Source: Ascidiella aspersa
Lineage: Eukaryota
Assembly (NCBI GenBank): GCA_963924565.1
Contig: OZ004610.1
Span: 7,502,001-7,566,000 of the forward strand
Length of the DNA: 64,000 bases
Direction: 5' to 3'
Part shown: positions 50,886 to 64,000 of the stretch, one piece after another
Position numbering within the stretch: the stretch's first letter is position 1
Layout of the letters: every line of letters starts with the position of its first letter
Translations under genes and position numbers: made by a program
Notes under the pieces: model-generated
Told to the model about the DNA's origin: nothing
The model's input: the letters and a program-made list of their open reading frames with translations, nothing else
Database searches by the model: none

Positions 50886-53800
50886 TTTATTTTGCACAAT
50901 ACACGTTTTTTTTAGTAATTTCAATAAAAATATCAAAGCCATAATAATCTATGATGTTATTTAAATTTTCAACATTTGATGTACTTCTGTATGCGCATTG
51001 ATATTCTTACCAGTAAACTTCACCCGTCGTTCCGTACATCCTACACGAAGAGAGATTGACAGATAAGGCATCGGTGTAAGTAAATATTTGCACGGGCAAC
51101 GCTTTGGTCGGCGGGCGCGCCGTCGGACTTGTTCCGACAGGGCGAGATGCGACGCCGGGCTATTTGCCCACATTCTCTCGCACACAAGAAGACACGTACA
51201 ATTGTACATCTACACGTACGTCGTAGGCTACATACATAAACACAAGCGCGACCATCGTCCGAGCGAAAATCGCTTTCTGAAAAGGCAACTTCCGTCCAGG
51301 AAGAGATTTAAGTAAGTGCAGTCACCTCTGAATTTAATTACTTGGGTCATTGGGTCCAAATAGCTGACCCAACTTGGATAAGCGATTTTGGCTAAAAATA
51401 TATGTGTTTTGGTAAAGTCAACTACTGAAAATAAGTTCGCTAAACAAAGTTCAAAGTTCGCTAAACATTGTTTAAAATAAGAAGCGATAATAACGTTGAT
51501 TTTGATCGTTGTTTAACGCACTTTTATTTCCTTTTTTGTGCCGTTTTAATTTGCGTGTTGTTTGTTGTGGTGTTGTTACATTCCCTGACGATGGCATCCT
51601 GGATAGATAGGTTAAACAAAACCAGTATTCAATTTACAACCAAAAATCTTTCGGGACCGCACTGCCAGTAAATTCATTTGAAGATCACTTTTCTTATGGC
51701 GACCTTTCAACGTTAAAGTCGGTCTTGTAGTCAACAATTAAATTAGGTTGCGCTGAAATTTTGCGGTTTCTAAGGCGAGTAAGGATGATACAAAAAAATT
51801 AGGGCCTTTCGAGTTTAGGAGGAGAGGCATTTAAGCGCAATAGCTATTGCCCAGTTTAGATGACTAATTCAAAGAACGACTGAATTCTTCTTTACCCCTA
51901 TTATTGCCCAACCGCGAGGGATATAATATGCACATCTTCTGATGTCTTACTATCCAACAAGAATGTTACACTTATTACTATCATGTTTTCACCCACAAGC
52001 AAGTTTACACAACGTTTGGAATTGCTTTCGTCCATCATATCTGGACCACCAAAATAGGGCGAATCTTCCCTTTGAGGGTTGTGATATCAATGGCTAAGGC
52101 AAATTACAACGAGGCCGGCAGACAAACAGACAACCTAGCGAACTTCCCGAAGTAAAACAAGACGCGGTCAATTTACGAGCGGGGCCCGAGGCAATCGCTT
52201 TGATATCGCGCATTTGGATCACAGATCCAAAGAGATCGTATCTCTTTGCTAGACGCTCAGGCTGCGCCAAAAAACGTATTGTTTTCGGTCCCGCCGCTCG
52301 CCGTTTTCTTTGCAGTTCAACGATTGGAAACCGTGGTGGTTTATGTACTGAAAAGCAAAAATCAAACCAAAATAGTAGATATACGGGTTAAGTGGGGGGA
52401 CGATCGTTTTCTGACTGGTCGTGCATTAACCCATTTGGTCCGGTCCAGTTTCTTTTTGTGTTTTCTTTTTACCCTATGGAGCATAATGGTGGAGGTTTTA
52501 GTTGGGCCTAATAAGAATATCAAAGCTCATACAGAAATATGTAGCATTTTGATCGTTTCGAATAACGTTTTATTTATTTTCAACATCGATGTTCCATATG
52601 GGCTTTGATATTCTTACTACGTCCAACGGTATGGAATGTGCAATATTCGACAACACAAGTCCGTTTAGGTAAACTGGTGGTATTGGCATTCCAGTAGCGG
52701 TTTTAAGGGTTAACGTTTTGCTTCAAGGGCTTTTTTAAAGTGACCAAGTACAGACTGACCGACGCTGACCATCGCTTACCGTAACATGGCCGTTGCACAA
52801 AGTAAGTTTTTCATCTCCGCTTTCGTTGAACGACTTGACCTCGACCCATGGAGAACCTCTCGTCGGGGGTAACGACACACTTAGCTTTAAATCGCTATCG
52901 TAGACCTAAAAAAACAAGATTTGCCCGGTGAGGTATTAACCCAACACCATGTGTTCTCGCGCAAAAACGCGTCAGGAAAAAGGTTAAAATTAATTTGCAT
53001 TTTTAATACTGTTTTTTGTCGAACGCTTAAATGTGCGTATACGCATCTGCTTGGCCTGTACACCTATAAAAGAAACACCGTCACGCTTAAGGGCGTTAGC
53101 CCAGTAACAAAATGCACTATTTAAATCTGCAAAACGTTAAAATATGAGCAATCCATCAAACCTGCGAAGGGCGCCAAGAAGGGAAAAAAGGCGTGAGCTA
53201 AAATACGCACCAGAGAGCGAGTCGTTATCTCGGGAAAGAAAAACAGACAAGAAATTCTTGGCGCTTTTCGAACACTTTACGTCGTCAATTTTCGGAGCAT
53301 TGAACTTACGCACAAACAAAGTGACTTAGAAATAATTAGCCCTGCGACCCCACTCCCCGCGTTCACTATAGGTCATGCCAAAAATTCGGGCTGGTTGACC
53401 TGTTTGAACAATTTGAAGTATACTTAATACAGATTATACGCCAAATTTCCAATTAATTTTACGTGTGCCTAATATAAACTGGTAGCTAATTCTGTGAACA
53501 ACAATGAAAAGTGAGATGTTAGCCTTTTTTTAGTTGGGCAATTGTTTTCCAAATCGAAAAGTACCTCAAAAACGTAAAAAAATATCTAAAACAACTTTAT
53601 GTTTTAATAACTTTTTTAATGTTTTAATAACTTTTTTAACCTTGGAGGTTCTTTTGGATTTATTTACATGAATTAAACACAACTAACAGTTTAAAAAAAA
53701 GGCGTTTCGAGCTAAAATGATTAATGTTAAAAAGCACCGGTAACTTTACTTTATCTGTTTAAAGACTAATGCGTTTGTAAAAGAGTAATGGAAAATTAAG

Positions 53801-54165
53801 TTTGGCCTTCATGTAGTTTGCGAACAAATCTATTACACCACTTTCTTTAAACAACACCATCTCCAGAGAAACTCAACAACAATGCAGAGGCTGACTGGGG
53901 TAATACCTGTAGTTTTAACTATACCTAGGATTGTAGGCAATACTTCGGCCCCCTGCGCGAATTCTTGCGATTTATTTTCTTGTTGGGCGTTTTTACCTTC
54001 TAAGCTGAGATTTAAACGGACCCAGACTTAAACGGCTGATAACATCCTTCTTGAGTGACCCACCTTTCCAAACTAGAGTTCTGCACTTTCACTTTCGCGA
54101 TCTTGAAACGTCGATGATGCCCGCCGAAATCTCTGACACCATGTCAATCCGCTGCGGTGCATCCG

Positions 54166-54185
54166 TGACGTCACTGATGACGTCA
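54166..54185. promoter_or_regulatory. Tandem perfect CRE palindromes (TGACGTCA-ctga-TGACGTCA)
   Basis: Read directly at 54166 and 54178 in a CpG-rich patch. Function is inferred only. Confidence 0.35.
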
Positions 54186-57100
54186 GTCGCGCACACGGTC
54201 AGAAGTGGATCGTCATGGTGCCAAAAGCCTCGGAGCAGACTGAAAGTTTCGGCTATTGTTGTTGTTTTTTTGAAAAAAAAAACGACCTCCTTGCAACCTA
54301 TTTGGCTTCCTGCTAATCTCCCATTTTTTCTCATCTTTCTGAAATTCTGCTTTGTAATTCTTTTAAATCTTACACCGACAATTTCGTTTTCTCACTTAAA
54401 ACTTTTTCGAAAAGATATGCCTGTGGTCTTTCTAAAGTTCTAAAATCACAGCAAAATTTGGGCTACAAAGGTGAGCTGAACACATGCAGTATTGAGGAAA
54501 AAGCTATTTTACTGCAAAACTGGAGACATGGCCCCCACCTTATGGTCCTCATCCAAAATACTAAAACTAACTGTCGCCATTCCAGCTTAAAACAAGCACA
54601 TAAAAGTATAAGCCCAACCGAACACATGTCTTCGTGCACTGATCCCAGCTTAAACATTGCCTCAATGAAAAGCGCACAGACCCGAACTGCCCTTTTATAG
54701 TGAGTTATATCATCGCAAAAGTAAAACTGGCAGCCTCATGCTTGAATTAGCAGGGCGTCCGCCGCCATAAGTCAGCATATGCCGTAAATAACCTTTGCGT
54801 ACCGAAACTAAGTTAGGCTTTGATGGCCAGGCAGGCGGGCGAGCCAAAATAGGTCCACAACCAGCTGAAGCGTGTTTCACTTCAGCGCCAATTAAGCACC
54901 TCGCGCTTTCACGAGTCAATGAAGGAAAGAATTCCTTGCCGCTACTTTCTGTTAGCTAAGCGTTTATCGACGGACGTTGCCATAATAGAGTTAACTATCC
55001 AAAATGAAAGCCGTTTACGGTTCCGTTGGTTTTATGTCGTCGTCAACGTCATTTCAGTACAACTTTCACTGCATGGCGTGTTTAATATCGCGGTTTCGCA
55101 ATTCATGATTTTGGTTGAGTAATAAACTCCGACAACCAACACTTTCGCTACACACGTGGTTCATATGTTTAAGCACATAGCTGTGTTGTACACCAGTCAA
55201 TTTTTAAACGACTTAAGTCCCAGTTAAGCTTCAATATTACATGAAAACGCAACGAATAGCAAGCAAATTGTTTTATGTACTTCAGGGTTGGGGTAAAATC
55301 AAGATCGTGTCGGTGTTGTTTTCATGATTTAAACTCCAATCTCTTAAACTTAAGATTTGTGATGTGAGAATTTTGTAGGCTGGAAGACGAATGCATCCAA
55401 GATTATCTCGTTTAAACCAAGCCTTAACGGTAATCAACCGACAAACGCACATCATAGCTCGACAACGGAGCAAAAAAGCAAAATCTAAATCCACCCTTTG
55501 CCTTACAAACGAAATCGCTTGGCGTGGACAAAATGCGAATTTTCCCGAAAGCACTCGAAGCTTCTCGAAAAGCAATCGAGCGCCATTGGGCGGTACTCTG
55601 TTGACGGCAGGTGCAGGGCTAAATGCCGGCACAAACAATCGTCTATCAGCAATATTCAAAGACGAGGGCCCTTGACAGGCGTCGGGACACACATGGGGGG
55701 CAAACACCAACTGCCTATTGCGAAAATAAACGACTAAACCGACGCGGTAAATTGTCGCGGTTAAAAATCGGTTGCCCGCATATAGTCGGTACTTCTTGAT
55801 TTTCTGTATGGCCGTTGTCGTGTTTTTTCGACTCTCCTCGAGCGAGATTACGTTTGGCAACGGATTGATGTGTGAACAGAATTGCGGCCTTTTAAATCGG
55901 TCGGTTGGTCAGCGCAGTTCGGTGATTCAATATTTTCCAATTTAACGATTTTTACTTTTAAGCGTGGCTGATTAGGCCAGTTGATAGGGTGTCGCGGCAC
56001 CTATAGTGGTGCCATTTTTATTAATGGCGAATTTAGAGAAAATATCTTTGGAATCTTTTAGAATTTGATTTTCGTTCCATTGGTAGACCTTAAGCGTTAC
56101 ATTTTAAAAACTTAATTACCCGTCGCCATTAACCCGATCAGTTGCAATTTGCAAAACACTAAAATAGAAAAAACACAGTACGATAATTACTCAAACGTTT
56201 AAAAGGTCAGTTTAAACTACCGACTGTACACAAGCAGTCAAAGGGTTTATGTCATTAACACCTAGTGGCAAAGATGTGCACAGATTAAAACTAACCACTT
56301 TAAAAGACGACACACGTGACACAGTTTGACAGCAGTTGGGTTAACCCAAACCGATCAGCAACGAACGCTTCCCGCTGTATCACAACCAACAAAACGTCGC
56401 GTGTCAAATCAGGCCAAAAACTAAAAGTCTAAAACGACCAGGAAAGCTCAAACCGTGGCTCTAAACTCGACTGACAGTTCTCTGGCAGTGCGCCAGCAAA
56501 ATAGACCCCGTCAAATCACGATTGACTCACGCCGCTGTGAAAAAAGGGCGCGCTTGAAAGATAAGTGTGCCGCTGTATGCTCATTGCGTCACGTCTCGCG
56601 TGCTACCGAAAAAGAAAGAAGTGGCGAAAAAAACAAAAGTTCGCCTTTTCGTGTGGTGCAATGCAGGAGAGGTTGGGCAAGCACGTGATCGAGCCTTGCA
56701 TAAGCGTGGCTCCATTTCGCTGTTTCCTCGTATCAGAGGGGGCGCGGTTTCGAAGCGAAAATAGTGACGTAATCGTTTTCTCGCGTTTGCGAAACGCTGA
56801 CGACGGGCACGCGTTCGAAAATGACAGAACGAACATGGAAGCGTGACTCGTTCTTTCTCTGTGGCACAGCGATCTTAAAAGACCCATTTTATCTTAACAC
56901 GCGCACACTTGACGTTAATTGTTTTACTTGGTTTGTTGTGTCTTGTAAGTAGTTCTCAGCTAAAATGCGTCAATTTATTTAACTCGTTTAGTCCTGTAAA
57001 TCCGATTGCATCCATAATTTGTGGACGCCAAAAATATTCATGCCGAAGTCTTACACCGAAATTTTGAAATATATGTTTCAAAAATGGCAATTGTGTTTTG

Positions 57101-60100
57101 TTAATGCAATGGCTAGTGCGTATTTCAAACCAAATGACGTCACTGGTGGGGTGTAATGTCAGCATTCCACGCCACATGTCGATGCAATCAGGCTGTAAGC
57201 CAAAATGTTTGGAAACCTCGCCCATTTCCCGTGATTTCGCCAAACATTTTGTAATGTCTATAATCAAATAGCCACAGCTTTACACTTGCTGCACTAGCAA
57301 CATTTCTGTCCAGTTACATCCATCCCTTTTTTTTTATCAGCCCTTTTCTTAGAACGAGTGGAGGTCTATCGGTTTAAGTTCTCGATTTAATCGGTTTCGC
57401 AATACGGGTGACGACATTCTAAAAACTAAAACCTTGTTACCGTGTGTTACATCTATCAATATGACACGCACATGACTAGAAAACTTACCACACAGAGGAG
57501 AGTAGACATTTAAATGCCAACTAAGGTATCAGATTACAAGTCGCGCATATTTCAACGCCTTCGTAGTGATATCATTTCGTTGCGCCACTGTAGAGCGAAT
57601 TTCGAAGCTTTGCGGGTGGCGAAAGACGTATTTTGCGCTAGCTACAGGGTTGCACCATTTGCTTCTAACTTTAATACAAAAACAAGGCGATACACAACTT
57701 GCTGTACAGTTGTTTGATAAAGAAAGTTTGAACGTTCGAGTCATTAATTGGCGTTGCAACGCTGGGTTACTTATGCTTTTTGAGTTGTCAATTCACAAAG
57801 TTAAGTAAAGCTTGCCCGGCTAAACGATGCTGAAAAGGGCCTTGTTTTCCAGCCGGGAAACCTGTTACCTAAAGTTCGTGCATTGACGACCCGCCTTTAC
57901 CTAGGAAATCGCACAACACAAAGCTTTAAGTTAATTACGTATTTTAAAACAATTCCCTGTAAAGTCAGAACTTGGTTTGTGTCAAACTTAATGCTTTGAC
58001 AGGCAGCACGTATACACGACGCGAAATAGAGATTTCTTTCTTGCGGATGTTTAGATTATCCTTGCACAATTACCAAACCTAACCAAAGGGGAAGCACCCA
58101 GCTGAAAGTTTCACCGTTGTAATATAAAGATATCGATCAGAAACCTTTACACATTACTTAAAGCAATATAACATAGCTAGTAATCAGACTTTTGTAAAAA
58201 AAATATGACTGCAAGATTGATTAACATTCAGTATTACCGGTATACGCAGTTACAGAAAGCCACTTGCTTAGACTACAACTTGCGTAAGTAAGCCCAACCT
58301 TCTTGCTACTAATCAAAATTCTGAAATGCCTTGGCGATTAACAACAAAACGTTCACAAAAGACCGGCTTAACGGACTCTTTACGAATGCTCCGCAGCACA
58401 TTAAGACTGCTCAAGCAGTGCTGTTCACGGATCAAGAAAAATCGCTCTACTAAACTGGATTCATTGAAATTTCGAGATCAAAAGGCCCGGGTGTATTTTG
58501 ATTGAGAAATAGCATCTCTATGTGGAACAGGACTCAAGTTTTTCTCGTCTGCTAAATTACCTAGTTTTGGTGGGCGCTTGTCCCGACAAGCCTTGTACAA
58601 TGAGGCGACCAAACCGAAAAGCATTTTTATCGCACAAAAAGAAACCCGGCCCTTGGAACCAAATCAAATAATCTTAAGTGGGCGCAGCCGGCCCCGGGCG
58701 CAATAACACAGGCTCCACGGGACGCCATGCTGACGGAGCCGGGGCGTTTGCCCAACGACCAATATGCGGGCAGCTGTTCAACGGCCTGGAGCGAACTGAC
58801 AATAGAGACCAATTTCTGGTATACGCGTGGGCATGTCGGTACCGGTTTTTCTAGGGCACATTAAAAAACGCGCAAATCCCCGCTGCCCAGCGCGAGTCAT
58901 GGCAACGCAGATATAACTAGGATAGAAGTTTCCTAATCCTAAGAGAGCAGCACTAGTAAAATCTCAAACGCGCGAGCCTAGTATAGCACATTTTATTGCT
59001 GATGGTATATTTAGCGTTCAACATGAGAAATATTTAAATTCGCGCGGCTGCAAAACTAAAACCGAAGGCACTACAAATGCGCAAACTATGTGTTTAAAAT
59101 TTGGCAAGACATAACAGCGTACTTGCTTACTAAAATGCGATAAAAGCCAAAGATTTCCAAACCATTTTAACTTTTCACGGCCCTTAGGTTTGTCAGTTAT
59201 ACCATATTGTTTCTTATTGTACGCAGACTGTGATCTTGTTAGTTAGTAAATTGCGAATCGAAAGTCTCACAAAGCACAAGTTGCACAGACGCTACACGCT
59301 TTATGAAGCTAATGCAGCAGTCTACTTGGGATCTCAAGTTCGGGTGGGGAGCACTGCACTAATCCACAGTTTCGCCTTCCCGCTAAACCTTTAAACTTTG
59401 CCACAAAATTTGCCCGGTGCTACTAAGGTGGTATGGCTGTCGATTCGATACCAAATTCTCATGAGGATTTCAGCCATGACGCTGCAATTCTACCTTAAAT
59501 AGGTAAAGTTTATCAAAAATGTTAACAGCTGAAGGTAACAACCTCCTAACGCTAAATCACACTGCGGCCTTATAACTTAAAAAAAGAATTTTCGAAACGC
59601 TCTTTGTCATACGCCGAACCTCACCCGTAGCCCTGGATCTCCTAGGTAAAACTAGCAGCAGCTTTAGCGTCAACCGCGCACCTGTCGCGTCAAGCCTCGA
59701 GCTTCAGTGCTTCGTCGGCCAGGCCAGAATAGAGTGGCGTGCGGCTGCGGCGCGTCGCTTATCTACGGTCGCTGGTGGCGTGTTGACGAAGAGCCTTCCT
59801 GTCGCGCAGAGCGTCTGTCGAACTAACGACTTCCCCCGCCCCTAGCCCTAGCCCTGCTCGCGAGCCAACGACAGCAGCGCTGACAGCGGTTTTCGCTGCA
59901 AGCCAACATGCCTATAAGCCAGCAAAAAAAACGTTGTGACTGCCGCCTTTCGTTGTTGTTAGCCGCGAGGAAAAGCAACGACTGACTGATTTGTTGCTGA
60001 TTTGGGAGGATTCGTGTTTTATGCCAATACCGATTCACGATATTTAGGGAAAAACGTATTGCCGATCCAATAACGATTTTAACCTCGTATGGTAAATAAT

Positions 60101-63100
60101 CAAAACATCGAGACGAGCAAAATAATGTTTTCCGGGATGTCGGGGACAAATGCTTAAGCGCTTGGAAACTTGGTTACCTTTAACATTATTACCCCTTGCT
60201 ATCTGGTATCGACTTTGATCCGATAATTAGGACATACCTACTGCTGATGCTGTCATTGGCATTCGCGTTTGGCCCAAAATATACTTGATTAAACCGCGCG
60301 GCTCAAAATGGTCGTTAAAATAAGTCGTTTCGATTGCGTTTTTTGAACAATAAAGCTAGATTCTTGTATAACATAAACTAATGATAGTTTGAACCTTAAG
60401 CATTTATGGGTTACAGTAAATTAAAAAAAAATAAAGGGCAAGTGAATGACGAACGATTTCGATTTTGTTAGAACCTTTTATGGTTAACAAAAGGGAGGTT
60501 ATTTTAAATATTACTATGGTGAGTTTTCAGAGAAATATCCACCAGTTTTCCACCTAGTTTTAAAGCCCTGCCCAATGTTGAAGAGTGTTTTAGGCAAACG
60601 CACCCCTTTTCGTAAAACGCGCGCAATTCTTGTCAACGATAAGCCGACGTACAGTCAACGATTTTCCTAAAGGCCAAACTTTATCAAAAAACGTGACCAT
60701 ACACTAGTCATTTAATATCACCGAACGCAATACGATAAGCAGAAAATATAAAGTTCTGATTCTCTTACGTGGCAAATAGGCCAGGGTGTGCCTATAACTG
60801 GATGTGGGGGTGTCGGGCCCGCCCTGTAGCGTGCACTGGCGCAAGGGCACAAAGAAAGCGCCCGGGATGCGGCCTCTGCTTTTCTCCGTAATTCAGCACT
60901 CTTCCGTTGCATTTTGTCACTGATGGGTTCGACGTCGCTTCATTGCCTTTCGAGGCACGCCGCCCGAGCTATTCCGGCCTTTTGGGCCCCTTTTAACTTT
61001 AACCAGCCCCGCGTTGTCGGACGGTGCGCTTCGATCGACCACACTTTTGAAATAGGGTTAGCGTCCAGGCAACATATCAATAAATAAAAAATCGCTCTTC
61101 TTGTGTAAACGAAGTATAAACCAATTCGGTTTTTATTGACACTTTTGAAATGTTCAGATTCACGAGACGCGTTGGTAGCCCTATTGGATTACTTTACATT
61201 TCGGTCACTGCTCGTTGAAATTGACAAAGCTTTTCAAAACTTTTTCCAAATCATCTGGTGCGAATTGGTGCCATCGTGTTTTTTAAATGAAACATGGCCT
61301 TTCTGGCGCATAACATTTTATAATTTGGCATGGAATTTTAGCAGAACAAAGTTAGTTGCAATTTCAGTCATGTTAAAACTATATATCGATTGGATGTAAA
61401 ATAGTCGTTCTCAAAAATTCCCACGTTGTAGACCACTTATGCTACCTTAAATTAATGTTGAAAACAGCAACAATTGAATTCAGTTCGGTACTCATACCAA
61501 CTATATTTACTGAATACAAGCTGTCAAAAGATTGCAAAATATTCTACCGAGCCCAGACTAATGTAATTTATCAGGTAAAACATAATATATGTTGTGTGAA
61601 CCTCTTTAATCCTTCCCACGGCCCCGATTCGAAAACCATTGTGTAGAAATTATGTTTTCCTTACAAAATCAGGCAGCGCCGTAACCAAGAATTTGCTGGC
61701 CCTAATGGAAAGCGATTGCGGCTTACCTTAACGTGCATCTGTAAAACAGCTCGAATTGTCAGCAACAACCAGCATAGAGGCGGGGTATTTCTCCGGTGTA
61801 AAGCCACCAAGATGTGCCAACAACGTATACACGCCAGTCGTAGACGGCGGCATCTGCCCACCGAGCCTGTAGCTGCTTCTCAACGGCAACGAAAGCTACA
61901 TAGGCCAGACGCGGTGCCGGTTTCGGAGATGGGGGCAGACAATGAACGACGGTGGTAAGGACAGCCTTTTAACAGCGCGTCTCGCATTCTGGCGCAAAAA
62001 TCCATAGCATCCATCTTTGTGGCAGATGCTATTCGGGTACACAGTACGTGCGGTTTTACAGGGAAATGTCATTTTGTCGGTTCGTCCTGCCGTTAAAAAA
62101 ATCACGGGTAGTAACGGGGTTGACAAAAAATCAGAACAATTGGCATTTTTTGCATATGTGTTTTTACTAACGCTTATTGGTAACAGGTTGTCCTGCATCC
62201 CCGCACAAAACTTTTGTTTTTACTTTCAAATCGACGAATCATAATATTCAAAAGCCAATTTAGAAAAAAACGTGAACAATTTAGGCCTGTCAAAAGTTCG
62301 TGATTGCTGCAATTGAAAATGAAAGATCAGTTTGCTTTCGCTATCAATTATAGCATAATGAAAAACCGAAGTTAGGATAATTTCGTCAGTTGTCGGAATT
62401 CCAATTTGGTAAACTATATTTTAAATCGAAAACGTTTTTGTGTCCAGCTAAGCGTTTAATTTAAGGATTATATAATTGGTTGAGTGTTTAATAGAGAGGT
62501 TTCCTGAGTTCTTAGATCCTACGCCAATAATTGTTTGCAACTAAGAAAGCCAGATATTGCTGCGCGCCCAAAAAACATACGGGATGGGTTTTCTAAATCT
62601 GCAAAACTATTAGCTCAATTCATACGAAGCCTGGCTAAGGAGCATACGTTTCATTTCAGGTGATAAAATCCGCTTTACAATACACCCCACTTGCCCCACG
62701 CTACTAACCCCTGCTCACCCTATGCCAAGTTTTGAGCACGCGCCCTGTAGTCGGTAAGGAAGGTGACCAATAAAATGTAAATTAGGTTTAGGACATCCTA
62801 TGCTTCACATTTCCCTAAAAACATCCTATGCTTCGCATTTCCCTAAAGGAGGATATGAAGCCACGGGTCAGGTCCCTCACTTAAATTGCTGAACGTTAAA
62901 AGGTACCAGCGACCGTCACTCGAATAATATTCCGTCGTAGAACAATTGTTAGCCAAGCTGGCGCTGTTGCTCCTTAAGCACAATTTTTCCTTTCCTCCGT
63001 GCCGTGTTCGCATCTCAAGTAAAACAAATAATCATTGGCCGTTGAAACAACTCAATGCCAGAGTTTAAAAATATTATGTCAAACACTGATCAGGGTTTAG

Positions 63101-64000
63101 ACAAAAGCGCCTAATTTTTTTACAGGCTGTCTGAAATTTTGCGAAGCGATATATCTCTAACAGGTTTATTTTTGTTATGAGCACTGTTATTCAGATGAGC
63201 TAGCTCGCGATAACTTCATACCGCGTCGGTGTATGACGTAACCATTTAACGTAATTTTCTGAGAGGTGCGACATTGGCCAAAACTTAAAACGAGTTGATG
63301 CCGAAACCTTGGACGGCGCATCACTTCATCGCGTCACGTGCCATTTTTTCGGATCAAAAGATCAAAAAGGATTAAAGGCAAGGGCCGCGTGACCACATTG
63401 ACAAGGATGTCCGGGAGAGAGCTTTACAAGCAACCAGGGCGGCTCTGTCCATAAATCTCCTGTATTTTGTTTGCCAAGAACCCTAAGGACTGAACGCACA
63501 GAAATGTTAAAAAGTGAACAGAACTTTCGAAACATACCTTTCATTCTGTACATGTCGCTTCGGGGCGGTTTCGCACACTAAGCACAAATGCTGCTTGTTC
63601 AAAAAATGCAAGGCATCATTTTCACCAGTGCCGAAGCCGAAGCATTTCACAAATCCTAGGCTCACAAGTTCGCGACTGAGCTTCGCGTTTTTATTACTCC
63701 GCGCTTTTTTTTTTGCACACGCGGTCGTTCATTCACAGAAAACGCCAATAAAAGGCGCCTTAAAACGCCAGTGCACCAATTCGCCGGGCTTTCAAGTTAA
63801 AAGGAGGAAAGAGCGCGGCGCCGTGGCCAGATTACCGTTTTTATGGCTTTTTAAAATTCCTAGCTTTGCGTTGCACAAGCACAGCCAGCTAAAATATTTT
63901 GTTACTTTTTCGGTACAACTGCGCACCACCATGACAGCAGCATGTTTTTACCCAACTTCTACTAGATCGGAACACACAAATAAATTAATAAAAATAAATA

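Noticed and set aside
55282-55860. 192-aa minus-strand ORF and the other 60-130 aa ORFs between 44 and 64 kb
   Set aside because: Mostly non-ATG starts, no recognisable domains, and no splice-site pairs in compatible phase. Expected by chance in GC-rich patches.
8385-62847. Scattered short tandem duplications (about 8370, 10723, 29077, 40333, 51433, 53600, 62792)
   Set aside because: Ordinary 14-30 bp slippage duplications with no shared motif.

Overview
Eukaryotic (animal) genomic DNA with spliceosomal GT-AG introns. The gene content suggests an ascidian/tunicate (inference). Two convergent multi-exon genes can be reconstructed, mostly invisible in the ORF track. (1) Plus strand, at least 8 exons (6820-33762, about 1146 aa, 5' end incomplete): a class A GPCR of the LGR/RXFP/GRL101 lineage. 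It has about 15 LDL-receptor class A (LDLa) modules joined directly to the 7TM domain with no leucine-rich repeats, an unusually long (about 105 aa) ECL2, and a duplicated acceptor/micro-exon that could give a soluble LDLa-only isoform. (2) Minus strand, 5 phase-compatible exons (49350 to 36732, 180 aa, 5' end not found): an orphan Cys-rich, N-glycosylated single-pass membrane protein with an acidic tail ending in the PDZ-binding motif ETKF, architecturally reminiscent of CD34/podocalyxin. Non-coding DNA holds many non-autonomous DNA transposons: a triple-nested hAT stack with target-site duplications (TSDs) and a Buster/Charlie transposase remnant, and a foldback element with a 7-bp TSD inserted in a minisatellite. 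There are also tRNA-derived SINE copies, two hierarchical minisatellites, an (AG)24 microsatellite, clustered CRE palindromes, and a quasi-periodic alternation of CpG-rich and AT-rich patches. No prokaryotic features (CRISPR, operons, rRNA) are supported.
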